A DNA stretch of 64,000 nt from Prasinococcaceae sp. CCMP 1430. Its lineage: Eukaryota; Plantae; Prasinodermophyta. Each line of letters starts with the position of its first letter. Position 1 is the stretch's first letter. Positions 20,650 to 30,041 of this stretch are shown here, piece after piece. The stretch spans positions 250,583 to 314,582 of the forward strand of contig RQSC01000033.1 of NCBI GenBank assembly GCA_013416795.1. Reading direction: 5' to 3'. A program made the translations under genes and the position numbers. The notes below the pieces were generated by a model that saw only the letters and a program-made list of their open reading frames with translations, made no database searches and was not told the origin of the DNA.

Positions 20650-22025
20650 ATGGCGTCGGCGTCGGCGCCGCAGAAGGCGGCCGCGCCGGCGGGCGGGCGC
20701 GACAACATGCCGTGGGTGGAGAAGTACCGCCCGTCGCTCGTGCGCGACATCGTGGGCAACGCCGAGGCCGTCTCGCGGCTGGAGATAATAGCGGCCGACG
20801 GCAACATGCCCAACATGATCTTCGCGGGCCCGCCGGGCACCGGCAAGACCACGTCGGTGCTCTGCCTGGCGAACGCGCTGCTGGGGAGCGCGGCGAAGGA
20901 GGCCGTGCTCGAGCTCAACGCGAGCGACGACCGCGGCATCGACGTCGTGCGCAACAAGATCAAGATGTTCGCGCAGAAGAAGGTGACGCTGCCGCCGGGC
21001 AGGCACAAGATCGTCATCCTCGACGAGGCGGACTCGATGACGACGGGCGCGCAGCAGGCGCTGCGGCGCACCATGGAGATCTACTCGCAGACCACGCGCT
21101 TCGCGCTGGCGTGCAACCTGAGCACGAAGATCATCGAGCCCATCCAGTCGCGCTGCGCCGTCATCCGCTTCACCAAGCTGTCGGACGCCGAGGTGCTCGA
21201 GCGCCTCAAGTTCGTGGTGCAGGAGGAGAACGTGCCGCACGTCGACGAGGGCCTCGAGGCGATCATCTTCTCGGCGGACGGCGACATGCGCCAGGCGCTC
21301 AACAACGTGCAGGCGACGCACTCGGGCTTCAGCTTCGTCAACGCGGCGAACGTGTACAAGGTAGGGCCTTTCATGCGAGCGATTGGGCCCTTTCATGCGA
21401 GCGATTAGGCCCTTTCATGCGAGCTCCTGCTTGGCGCTGTTCGCGGCGTGTGGCGGTGCCCTGGCGCGCGCGCGCGTGCTCGCCGCGCTGACGCGAACGC
21501 GAACACCACCGCTGCGAAGGTGTGCGACCAGCCGCACCCGACCACCGTGCGCAAGTGCGTGCAGGCGTGCATGGACGGCGACGCCGACACGGCGTTCCAC
21601 GCGCTGCACTCGCTGTGGGCGCAGGGGTACTCGGCGCTCGACCTGGTGGGCACGCTCTTCCGCGTGGGTGCGTGCGCTGCTGCCGGGTTGCGCGCTTGTT
21701 TGTGTGCTGGGGCGCGCGTGCTGGCGCGCGTAGGGGGGCGCGCGTGCTGGCGCGCGTAGGGGGGCACGCGTGCTGGCGCGCGTGGGCACGCAACCCCCCC
21801 CCCCCCTCCCCCTCCGGACGCTGACGCCGCCGCGCCGTGCGCGCCGCGGCAGTCAAAAACTTCGACATGCCCGAGTTCTACAAGCTGGAATACATCCGCG
21901 AGGTGGGCGCGTGCCACGTGCGCGTCGCGGAGGGGTGCGACACGCTGCTGCAGCTGAGCGGCCTGCTCGCGCGGCTGGCGCGGGTGAAGCGCAAGGCGGC
22001 GGCTGGGGCGCTGCCGCCCATGTGA
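20650..22025 (+). CDS. RFC2: Replication factor C subunit 2 (RFC40, yeast Rfc4 orthologue); 3 exons
   Basis: Exons are 20650-21360, 21520-21667 and 21853-22025. Motifs [38 protein letters not shown] and SRC are present; splicing restores VYK|VCDQPHP and FRVV|KNFDM. Confidence 0.95.
21364..21424 (+). repeat. Minisatellite, three copies of about 22 bp, at the 5' end of RFC2 intron 1
   Basis: GGGCC(C)TTTCATGCGAGCGATT repeated. Confidence 0.9.
21709..21786 (+). repeat. Minisatellite, three copies of 26 bp, in RFC2 intron 2
   Basis: GGGGCGCGCGTGCTGGCGCGCGTAGG repeated. Confidence 0.85.
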
Positions 22026-22128
22026 CCGAAGCCTGTGTGACCGAAGCCTGTGTGACCCAGCCCACGCGTGACCCAGCCCACGCGTGACCCGGCGCACGCG
22101 TGACCCGGCGCACGCGTGACCGGCGCCA
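22021..22128 (+). repeat. Graded 15-16 bp tandem array (7 units) between the convergent RFC2 and QNG1 stops
   Basis: TGTGACCGAAGCCTG x2, (T/C)GTGACCCAGCCCACG x2, CGTGACCCGGCGCACG x2, then CGTGACCGGCGCCA. Confidence 0.92.
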
Positions 22129-22139
22129 GCTTGCCGTCG

Positions 22140-23168
22140 TCAGTAGAACACCGTGCGGCACCGGTGGAAGGGCGGCAGCTTCGCGTCGGCACGGCGCTCC
22201 TCGCCCCACCTCCACAGGTACCAGTCCACGTGCGTCGCCAGCACCGGCGGCGCGCCGGCGCCCTCCCTCTCCGCCAGCAGCCGCGAGGCGGCCTCGCGCA
22301 CCGCCTCGACCGCCACCACCGTCGCCGCGCGGATGGCGATCTCCTCCTCGCTGCCGGCGCGCACCTCCTCGCCCGCGCGCACCTTGGCCATGAGCGCGTC
22401 CGAGTACGAGATGGCGCCCGCGGCGAGCAGGCTCTGCGGCACGCGGTAGTCCGGGTACGTCGTGATGCGCGCGATGTCGCCGAACGCGCCGAGGCCCTCC
22501 CCGCCGAACGCCCCCCACATGTCGCCCGCCACGATCTGCGCGCGCTTGTAGAAGAACACCTGCCGGCCCTCGCCGTCCACCGCGGCGTCCCGGAAGCCCG
22601 GCAGCGCGTCCGCGATGAGAGCCACGAGCCGCGACGCCGAGCCGTCGGATGCGCGCACGAGCGCGGCGGCCGACCCGCCGAAGCGCGCCAGCAGCGCGGC
22701 GCCCAGCTCGCGCAGCAGGCGCGCGCGCTCCTCCTCGTTGGGCAGCGCGCGCGGCCAGGAGAGCAGGGCGCGCGCGTAGGCGCCGGTCGCCGTGGCCAGG
22801 CGCTCGGGCGAGACGAGCGACGGGTCGCGGAGGGCGGACGCCTTGACGCCACCCGCGAGGTGCTCGTACTCCAGCTCGCCGTCCGGCCAGAAGCACCAGT
22901 TGAGCGCGTCCACCACCAGCACGCAGCGCGCGGTGAGCTCGGGGTTTGAGGGGTCGACGAGGTGCATGCCGTCGGCCGCCCACTGACGGGCGACGTGGTG
23001 TGGGGAGGGGAACAAGCCGTCGTTGGCGGGCGAGGAGGCGGTCTCGGCGTCCACGAAGTCTCGCGCGAGCTGCTCGCAGCGGGAGGGGTCGACGGCGACG
23101 AGGTGGGCCAGCTTGGAGGCGGCGCGCGCGCAGGTGCTGCGGACGAGCGCGAGCGGGCAGTCCATCAT
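22140..23168 (-). CDS. QNG1: Queuosine 5'-phosphate N-glycosylase/hydrolase (queuine salvage, DUF2419/C9orf64 family)
   Basis: VDALNWCFW, FFYKRAQI, DYRVPQ, EEIAIRA, DWYLW and the C-terminal PFHRCRTVFY. Confidence 0.92.
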   Translation of the reverse strand: MMDCPLALVRSTCARAASKLAHLVAVDPSRCEQLARDFVDAETASSPANDGLFPSPHHVARQWAADGMHLVDPSNPELTARCVLVVDALNWCFWPDGELEYEHLAGGVKASALRDPSLVSPERLATATGAYARALLSWPRALPNEEERARLLRELGAALLARFGGSAAALVRASDGSASRLVALIADALPGFRDAAVDGEGRQVFFYKRAQIVAGDMWGAFGGEGLGAFGDIARITTYPDYRVPQSLLAAGAISYSDALMAKVRAGEEVRAGSEEEIAIRAATVVAVEAVREAASRLLAEREGAGAPPVLATHVDWYLWRWGEERRADAKLPPFHRCRTVFY

Positions 23169-23367
23169 CGGAAGAGGGGGGTGGCGTCGGCGCGGCTGCT
23201 GGTGCGGGCGCCGCCGCCGCCGCCGCTGCGGCGCCGCGCCGTGCGCCTCGCTCGGGAGGGAGATTCGCCAATGTTCGTCGTACACCCTCACTTTGAATAA
23301 GTTCCGGTTGATGCCGCATGCATTTGATACAGTAGGACTACGTACGTACAGTCAAGTCCTGGACGCG

Positions 23368-23676
23368 NNNNNNNNNNNNNNNNNNNNNNNNNNNNNNNNN
23401 NNNNNNNNNNNNNNNNNNNNNNNNNNNNNNNNNNNNNNNNNNNNNNNNNNNNNNNNNNNNNNNNNNNNNNNNNNNNNNNNNNNNNNNNNNNNNNNNNNNN
23501 NNNNNNNNNNNNNNNNNNNNNNNNNNNNNNNNNNNNNNNNNNNNNNNNNNNNNNNNNNNNNNNNNNNNNNNNNNNNNNNNNNNNNNNNNNNNNNNNNNNN
23601 NNNNNNNNNNNNNNNNNNNNNNNNNNNNNNNNNNNNNNNNNNNNNNNNNNNNNNNNNNNNNNNNNNNNNNNNNNNN
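23368..23676. other. Assembly gap (N run)
   Basis: 309 consecutive N. Confidence 1.
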
Positions 23677-23888
23677 GGGGGGGGGGGGGGGGGGGGGGGC
23701 GACACGTGGTCGACCCTGCGCGCGGGCCTGGGTCGGTCGGTCGGTGCACACGTGCGTGCACGCCCCAGGCAGCAGAGTGCAGCCGGTCCGGGCCTCGTCG
23801 ACGGGCATCGCATCGCGGTGTGCGCGACGCTTCCCGCGAATTCGCGGGGGCGTTCGGTGCGCGCGGACATGCCGGCGCATACTGCGGA

Positions 23889-23992
23889 TGGGTGGGTTGG
23901 TGGGTGAGTGGGTGAGTTGGTGGGTGAGTTGGTGGGTGGGTTGGTTGGTGGGTGGGTGAGTTGGTGGGTGAGTTGGTGGGTGGGTGGGCGGG
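23889..23992 (+). repeat. GGGT/GAGT/TGGT low-complexity repeat (core GGGTGAGTTGGT), G-quadruplex-prone
   Basis: More than 10 GGG tracts separated by 1-9 nt. Confidence 0.8.
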
Positions 23993-24285
23993 TGTAGGGG
24001 GGTCCTTCGCGCCGAGGCAGATGTACTGTACTGGCTGGCTGCTGCCTGGGCTCGGCGCTCCGTCCGGCAGGGGAGGGGCAGGAGCACAGTAGTAGCTTGT
24101 AGTGGCGCCCTCCCCCTCGCCCTCGTCCCCCCCTCCCTGCGTCTCTCAGTCGCCATTCGCACACACAGCGCACTTCGTCTTTGACGTAATTCCGCGGTAA
24201 ATAATTTCAAGTCGTATTGATGCCGTCTATACATGTACGTATTCGTTCATAGCCGAAATTTCGTTTGCTCGCTCCGCGGTCCCAG

Positions 24286-26071
24286 AACGACAGGCACATC
24301 AAGGTGCGCGCGCCGCGAGGGCGCGGTGTGTGGGTGGAGTGGGGGTGGGGGTGGGGGTGGGGGGAGGGCGTGGCCATTGCAAACGCGCCGCCGTGTGCGG
24401 TTTGAGCGTCAGGCTCGCTTGGTGGTGCTCGCTGCCGCATCCTGCCTTCACGCCCGCCTGTGTCTGACTGCCAAGCCTGCTGCTCTCGCGGCGCAGATCC
24501 TCGCCAAAGCGATGAAGATGCCGGACAACCGCTTCTGCGCAGACTGTGGCGAGCGCGGGCCGACGTGGGCGTCGGTGAACCTCGGCGTGTTCTTGTGCAT
24601 CCGCTGCTCGGGGGTGCACCGCTCGCTCGGTGTGCACATATCCAAGGTGAGCACGCCGAGGCGCCGCGCTGATACTCAGAGGGGTGGCGAAGTGTACATT
24701 GCAGCGCAAGCGGAGCGCCCAGTGTGCGTGCGCGTGTGCACCTCGCTGTCTGACTCTGACTTGCTTTTCACTCTGCAGGTGCGCTCGGCAACGCTGGACA
24801 CGTGGACCCCAGAGCAGGTATTCTTCGTGAGTGGCGTCGGGAACGAGCGTGCCAACGCCTACTGGGAGTCGGGCCGCAGCGAACGCGAGCGCTGGTGGGC
24901 GGGCCAGAAGCGCCCGCAGCTGAGTGACTCGCGCAGCCTCGAAGCCTTCATACGCGCCAAGTACGAGCGCAGGGACCACGTGGCCGATCGCAGTGCCAGC
25001 CCACCACTGCCGCTGGCGTCGCGTGCGCGCTCCATCGGCTGTCCAGTGCCTGCCGGCGCTGCGTGCGCTCAAGAGGCTGCGCCCGCACAGGTTCCGGGCT
25101 CGCAGGGTGGGTTCCCCCAAGCCGCAGCCTTCAAGGCCGCTGTACCCGCTGCGCCTGCAGCTCCTGCGGCCCCAGCTGCGAACGCGAACGCGTTCGACGC
25201 GTTCGACGCTGCATTCAATACAAGTGCTCCTGCCGCTGCTGCCCAGACCGCGCAGTCTGCAAATGGCTGGGCAGCATTCGGCGACGTAGCGGCCTCAGCG
25301 CCCGCACCCACGGCCAACGCTGATCCGTTCGCGGCGGCTGCGCCTGCTGGCGCGGCTGACCCCTTCAGCACAGCGGCGGCGCCTGCCCCTGCCGCCCCTG
25401 CAGGCGCCGATCCGTTTTCGCCATCAGCACCGGCTGAAAGCGCCGCGCCGGTGGACCCTTTTGGCGCAGCCTCCGGGCCCGATCCTTTCGGTGCCTCTGC
25501 GGGGGTTCCCTCGGCAGCGGTAAACCCGGCTCCCATCCAGCCGCAGTCATCGAAGAACGACATCATGAACCTGTTCGATGCACCCGCACCCCAACAGCCG
25601 GTGCCGCCGCAACAGATGGGTGGCTTCGGCGGCGTGCCGCAGCAGGTGACGCCGCAGCAGCCGCAAATGGGCATGCCGCAACAGATGGGTGGCATGCCAA
25701 CGCATCTGGGTGGCATCGGCAGCGTGCCGCAACAGATGATGCAACACCAGCCACAAATGGGCATGCCGCAGCAGATGGGTGGCGTGCCAGCTCAGCAGAC
25801 GGGTGGCTACGCCGGCATGCCGCAGCAGATGCCGCTGCAGCAGCCGCAAATGGGCATGCCACAGCAGATGAGTGGCGTGCCAGCGCAGCAGATGGGTGGC
25901 TACGGGGGCATGCAGCAGATGATGATGCCGCAGCAGCCGTCACAAATGGGCATGCAGCAGCAGATGGGTGGCACATTCGGCCCGCCCAATGTGCTGGACC
26001 AGCTCAGCGCGGTGCCCCAACCCTCAGCTACCAAGGGGGACAAACCCGACCCCTTCGCCGGTCTCATTTAG
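24286..26071 (+). CDS. ArfGAP, SMAP/AGD5-like, with A/P/F-rich and Q/M/G-rich tail; first exon not located
   Basis: Exons are 24286-24303 (inferred), 24497-24646 and 24779-26071. Motifs CADC-x16-[16 protein letters not shown]|[16 protein letters not shown]; DPF motifs; repeated [11 protein letters not shown]. Confidence 0.88.
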
Positions 26072-26509
26072 TGGCCTGACATGCTGTCGCACACATTTCC
26101 CCCAGCGTGCCATTTCGGTGCAACCTCACAAGCATCACGACCCACCAATAACACACGATTCCCCTGTTCCCGTAAGCCTCCTGCCTCCCGCCTAGCATGG
26201 CGCAGCTCACGGCTGCGAGCTGCGCTGCCATGCCCATGCTATGCGCGCGCCGGCTCCCTCCACACGCGCATGCTTGAGCGCGCCTCTGCGGACGTCGCTG
26301 ATCAACAACCATGATGCATGCCACCCCGATTGCGACGAGCGCCGGGGGATGAAAACGCTGAACGGATCGAGTTACGCACACAGTGCGCGCCACGCGGCAG
26401 CAGGACGGCGAGTAGAGGGGGGGGAGGGAAGAGCGCGCGGGCACGACGATCATAGAGCCTGCCTCGCGCACGCGCCCACACCTGCGTGATCCGTGGGCAT
26501 CTGCGGCCG

Positions 26510-27591
26510 ATGGCGGCCTTCCGGGTGGCGACATACAACGGTGCGCCGCGCGCAGCGGAGCGGGGTGCAGCGCGCGCTTCAGAGGAGAGGCACGCGCACG
26601 CGGCGCACCCACGCTGCGCTGCGACTTATGTTGACGCGGTATTCGCTGGCGCCGTGCGGCGGGTACAGTGTTGGCCCAATGCTACACGCGCTCGGCCTTG
26701 TTCCCGAAGTCGCCCAAGAGCGCGCTGAAGCTCAAGCCGCGTCTCGCCGCCGTGCTCGCCGAGGTAGCGAGTAGCGATGCAGATATCGCACTCCTACAAG
26801 AGGTAGAAAAGGACTGGTTCGAGAGCACTCTGGCACCGGCCCTGGCTGAGAAAGGCTACGGGTGTCTCTACAAGCAGCGCACTGCCGCGAGGAAGGCCAA
26901 GCTCGACGGCAGCGCGATCCTATGGCGTCGTACACGCTTTACGCTCGCTGCTGATGTGCTTGAGATCGAGTTCAACGATCTGGCGCCAGGTGCGGGCGGC
27001 ACAGGCGGCACCGACAGCGCTCCAGTGGGCGATGGTGAGGAGCACCACACCCTCGTGCGTGACAATGTCGGGCTCGTGGCAGCATTCACATCTACCGCGG
27101 GACCATCCGCAGACGTTGTCGTTGCGACGGCGCACCTCTACTGGGACCCGCGAGCGGATGACGTCAAGGTGGCGCAGACGCGGCACCTGATCGAGGCCGC
27201 GACATGTTACGCACAGACACACGCGGGCGATGCCAAACGCGTCGTCATCGGCGGCGACCTAAACTCGCTACCTGGCTCGGAAGCGGTGCGAGCTTTCGAG
27301 GCCGCCGGGCTAGCATCAGCATACGGAACAGACACACCTGAGTTCACCACGCTGACCCCAGGCTTCACTGGCTGCATAGATTGGATCTTCCACGGCAGCG
27401 CGTTTGCGCCCACTGCCAGGCGACAGGTGCCCCCCGCCGACCGGGAGGCACTCGGCGAGGCGCTGCCGTCTCATACGCAGCCGAGCGACCACCTCATGCT
27501 CGTCTGCGACCTCGCGCCTGCCGGCAACAGCCCTGGCGACGGGTTGGAGGTTGCCGAGATCCCGTACAAGATGGCGCGCGCGGCGCAGTGA
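26510..27591 (+). CDS. CCR4/PDE12/Angel-like EEP-family phosphoesterase; 2 exons
   Basis: Exon 1 is 26510-26540 and exon 2 is 26669-27591, giving FRVATYNV|LAQ. Also LQEV, ATAHLYW, GDLNSLP, IDWIF and PSDH. Confidence 0.88.
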
Positions 27592-27665
27592 GATGGGTGG
27601 GGTTGGGGGGGCAAACGCGAGCGGCGCAGTCGGTGCTCGCGCGGGCATGTACCATTATCAATCCC

Positions 27666-29054
27666 TTACTCGCCAGGCAACCTTGGCGCCTTGCGCTGGC
27701 GTTTGCCGTCGGAGCGCGGCGTCTCTTTGTCGTCGCTGGTTTTGCGCTTCTTGCTCGAGCTGCGACCGGCCGCGGGTGAGGGTGTCGTGGCCGCCGCTGC
27801 CATCGAGAAGCTTGCGAGCGACCCGCCGACCGCCGGGTCTTGCGCCCCGTGAGCACCCGCCGCGGCTCTGAGTGGGCCCCCTAGCCCCCCGAGACTGTAC
27901 CCAACATCCAGACCACCCGTGCCTGGCATGCGCATCTGTATGCCCCCCGCTGCATTGGCCGAGTCACGGAGCTGCTGAAGCTCGGTCTCCACTCTCGCCA
28001 GCCGCTTCTGCATGTCTAGCGTCTCTATGATCTCCAGCGCCAGCGACAGATACGCCTCGGACACTGCCTTGGTCGGTGTCTTCGGCGCCTCCTCGAGGCC
28101 GTACTCGCGCATCAGCTGCTCCACGCGCTTCGCCGAGCGCGCGCCCGCTGCCGCCTGCAACTGCGCTGCAGTCGAGCGGGCCCACACGCCACGCATGTAG
28201 CGGCCCTCGTCTGGACGCGGCAGCTCACGCGCCGGCGCCATGTCCCCAGCGGCCTCCGCCGCGGCCGCACCGCCCTTCTCGTCGCGCAGCAACTCTTTGC
28301 GCTCGGCCTCCTGCTTCCTTCTCTCGCGGATGCGACCCGCCTCCTCCACGACCCGTTTCTCCTCCTCGAAGATTGCCTGTGTCCTAGAGAGCGCCCTGGA
28401 GAGCGCACGTTTGCGCTGCTGCTCACTCACGACATTGTACGGCTCGCGAATGAGCGGGTGGTTGCTCACCTCGCGCGGGTCTGCGGCGCGCGACAGCACA
28501 AGAGCGCGCGCCACCGAATAGTAGCGGTGCTTGAGCTGCTCAATCGACCGCGGCGCCATCTGCCAGCGGTCGGCGATGACCACGAAACGCAGGTCGAAGC
28601 GCTCCGCCAACTCCAAGAGGTGATCGGTTTCCTTGCGCGTCCAGTTGTCGGCGCCCGTGTCGAGGCTCTCGACCACCTTCGTGTACTCCTCGTCCGTGTA
28701 CACGACCAGGCTGACAGCCTTGTTGTACTGTGCGAAGTAGTAGTCGTCTCCATGCTCCTTCTCGCGGTCCTCACGGCTCCAGTGCCACAGCTTGAGCCCG
28801 TCCGTACGCGCCGAGTTGGAGAACTGCTTCCACGCCCACGGGTACCTCCGCTTGTCGACCTTGCGCTTGTCCTTCAGCCCCACGCCAGCGGCGGGCACTG
28901 CGGGCGCCGCACCGGCGTCCAAGAGCGCGTAGGCCTCGCGGCTCATGCCCTTTGGCTTCTTCGCGCGTTCGGCCTTCGGCTTGGGCTTCCCGCCGCCCGA
29001 GGCCCCGCCCGCCGCGCCGCCATCCACCCCGAGGATGTCGCGCACGTCGCTCAT
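27666..29054 (-). CDS. DMAP1: SWR1/NuA4 subunit SWC4 (DMAP1), SANT domain
   Basis: MSDVRDILG, GMSREAYALL, WKQFSNSARTDGLKLWHW, WTRKETDHLLELAERFDLRFVVIADRW and RSIEQLKHRYY. Confidence 0.93.
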   Translation of the reverse strand: MSDVRDILGVDGGAAGGASGGGKPKPKAERAKKPKGMSREAYALLDAGAAPAVPAAGVGLKDKRKVDKRRYPWAWKQFSNSARTDGLKLWHWSREDREKEHGDDYYFAQYNKAVSLVVYTDEEYTKVVESLDTGADNWTRKETDHLLELAERFDLRFVVIADRWQMAPRSIEQLKHRYYSVARALVLSRAADPREVSNHPLIREPYNVVSEQQRKRALSRALSRTQAIFEEEKRVVEEAGRIRERRKQEAERKELLRDEKGGAAAAEAAGDMAPARELPRPDEGRYMRGVWARSTAAQLQAAAGARSAKRVEQLMREYGLEEAPKTPTKAVSEAYLSLALEIIETLDMQKRLARVETELQQLRDSANAAGGIQMRMPGTGGLDVGYSLGGLGGPLRAAAGAHGAQDPAVGGSLASFSMAAAATTPSPAAGRSSSKKRKTSDDKETPRSDGKRQRKAPRLPGE

Positions 29055-29124
29055 CTCGCCGCGCCGCCCTCTGCCCTAACCACTCCCCCGCCTTGCGGCC
29101 GCGCGCCGCCCGCGCGCCGCGCAG

Positions 29125-29716
29125 ATGATTCTGGGGCGTGCAGGAGCGCTTCGACGGCGTCGCGGGCGTCGTGGGCACCACGGTCGGGTACACCGGCGGC
29201 GACGGCGACTCCCTGGGCGCCAGCGCGCCGGCGCCCACGTACGCCTCCGTGTGCGCCGGCGACGGCCACTCCGAGGCGATCCGCGTCGAGTACGACCCCG
29301 CGGTGGTGAGCTACGAGGAGCTGCTCGAGGTCTTCTGGGGCGCGCACGACGGGCGCGCGCGCGCGCCCGCGCAGTACGCGTCGCACGCCTTCGCCACGCC
29401 CGCGCAGCGCGAGGCGGCGGGCGCCTTCCTCGCCCGAAAGGCCGAGGACTCGCCGAGGCCCGTCGCGACCACCATCCGCGAGCCGCAGACCTTCCACCGC
29501 GCCGAGTGGTACCACCAATCGTACAAGAAGAAGAACAGGGCGCGCATTGCGCTGGTCGTGGCGTCCCTGGCGGTGGGCGCCCTGCCCGCAGGCATGGGCT
29601 TCGCAGGCCAGGAGGCGCTGCGTCAGGCCCTGCTGGGCGCGGCGGTGGTGTCCACGCTCCCGCAGCTGCTCTCGTCGGTCTTCGATCCGCTCTTCGACGC
29701 CCTCGAGAGGCGGTAG
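29125..29716 (+). CDS. MSRA: Peptide methionine sulfoxide reductase A, selenocysteine form (TGA at the catalytic position), with C-terminal hydrophobic tail; 5' exon unresolved
   Basis: TGA-TTC-TGG-GGC (U-F-W-G) at 29126-29137 is in frame with VGYTGG, PTYASVC, GHSEAIRVEYDP, YEELLEVFW and AEWYHQSY. A CAG acceptor lies at 29122-29124; stop TAG at 29714-29716. Confidence 0.85.
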
Positions 29717-29804
29717 GAAGGCGCGCGCGTCGCGCTTCGCGCGTGCGCGCCACACCTCTCCAGCGAATGGAGCAGTCGCGCGTGCCGACGGCGAGCGTCT
29801 CCGA

Positions 29805-29900
29805 GCTCTGCAAGGCCCCAATGACGCCCGTGGGGGAGAGCCACCACCTCCAGCAAGTATGCTGGTGCGGCTCCCCGCGAGGCTGACACTGGCCGGGAGC
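29805..29900 (+). promoter_or_regulatory. Candidate eukaryotic SECIS element in the MsrA 3' UTR
   Basis: ATGAC (29821-25) and TGAC (29884-87) can form the non-Watson-Crick quartet. Helix II pairs 29826-36 with 29872-83 (one bulged A), with unpaired AGA at 29837-39 and lower helices GGCC/GGCC and GCTCT/GGAGC. TGTAA lies downstream at 29936-40. Folded by hand only. Confidence 0.7.
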
Positions 29901-30041
29901 GACGGCGACCTGCGAGCCTGGCGCGCGCTGCAGCTTGTAAACTTTTTGCAGTGTTTCCTCCGCGCGCGGACGCGCGCGCGCTCGACATGACGCGGGCGCG
30001 CGGCCGCGGCCGCGGGCGGAGGACGCGCTGCGGGGGGTCCC

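Noticed and set aside
22021-22128. CRISPR-like array
   Set aside because: Units are 15-16 bp with no unique spacers and no cas genes, in a eukaryotic context; it is a minisatellite.
28945-29036. Candidate MsrA first exon inside SWC4 (ATG 28945, donor 29037)
   Set aside because: The phase fits, but the donor GTCGCG is poor and the peptide lacks the F-A/G-x-G expected before Sec; it is left as unresolved.
29125-29886. 253-aa ORF starting at ATG 29125, overlapping the MsrA TGA
   Set aside because: Arg/Gly/Ala-rich shadow frame typical of high-GC DNA; the MsrA motifs are in another frame.
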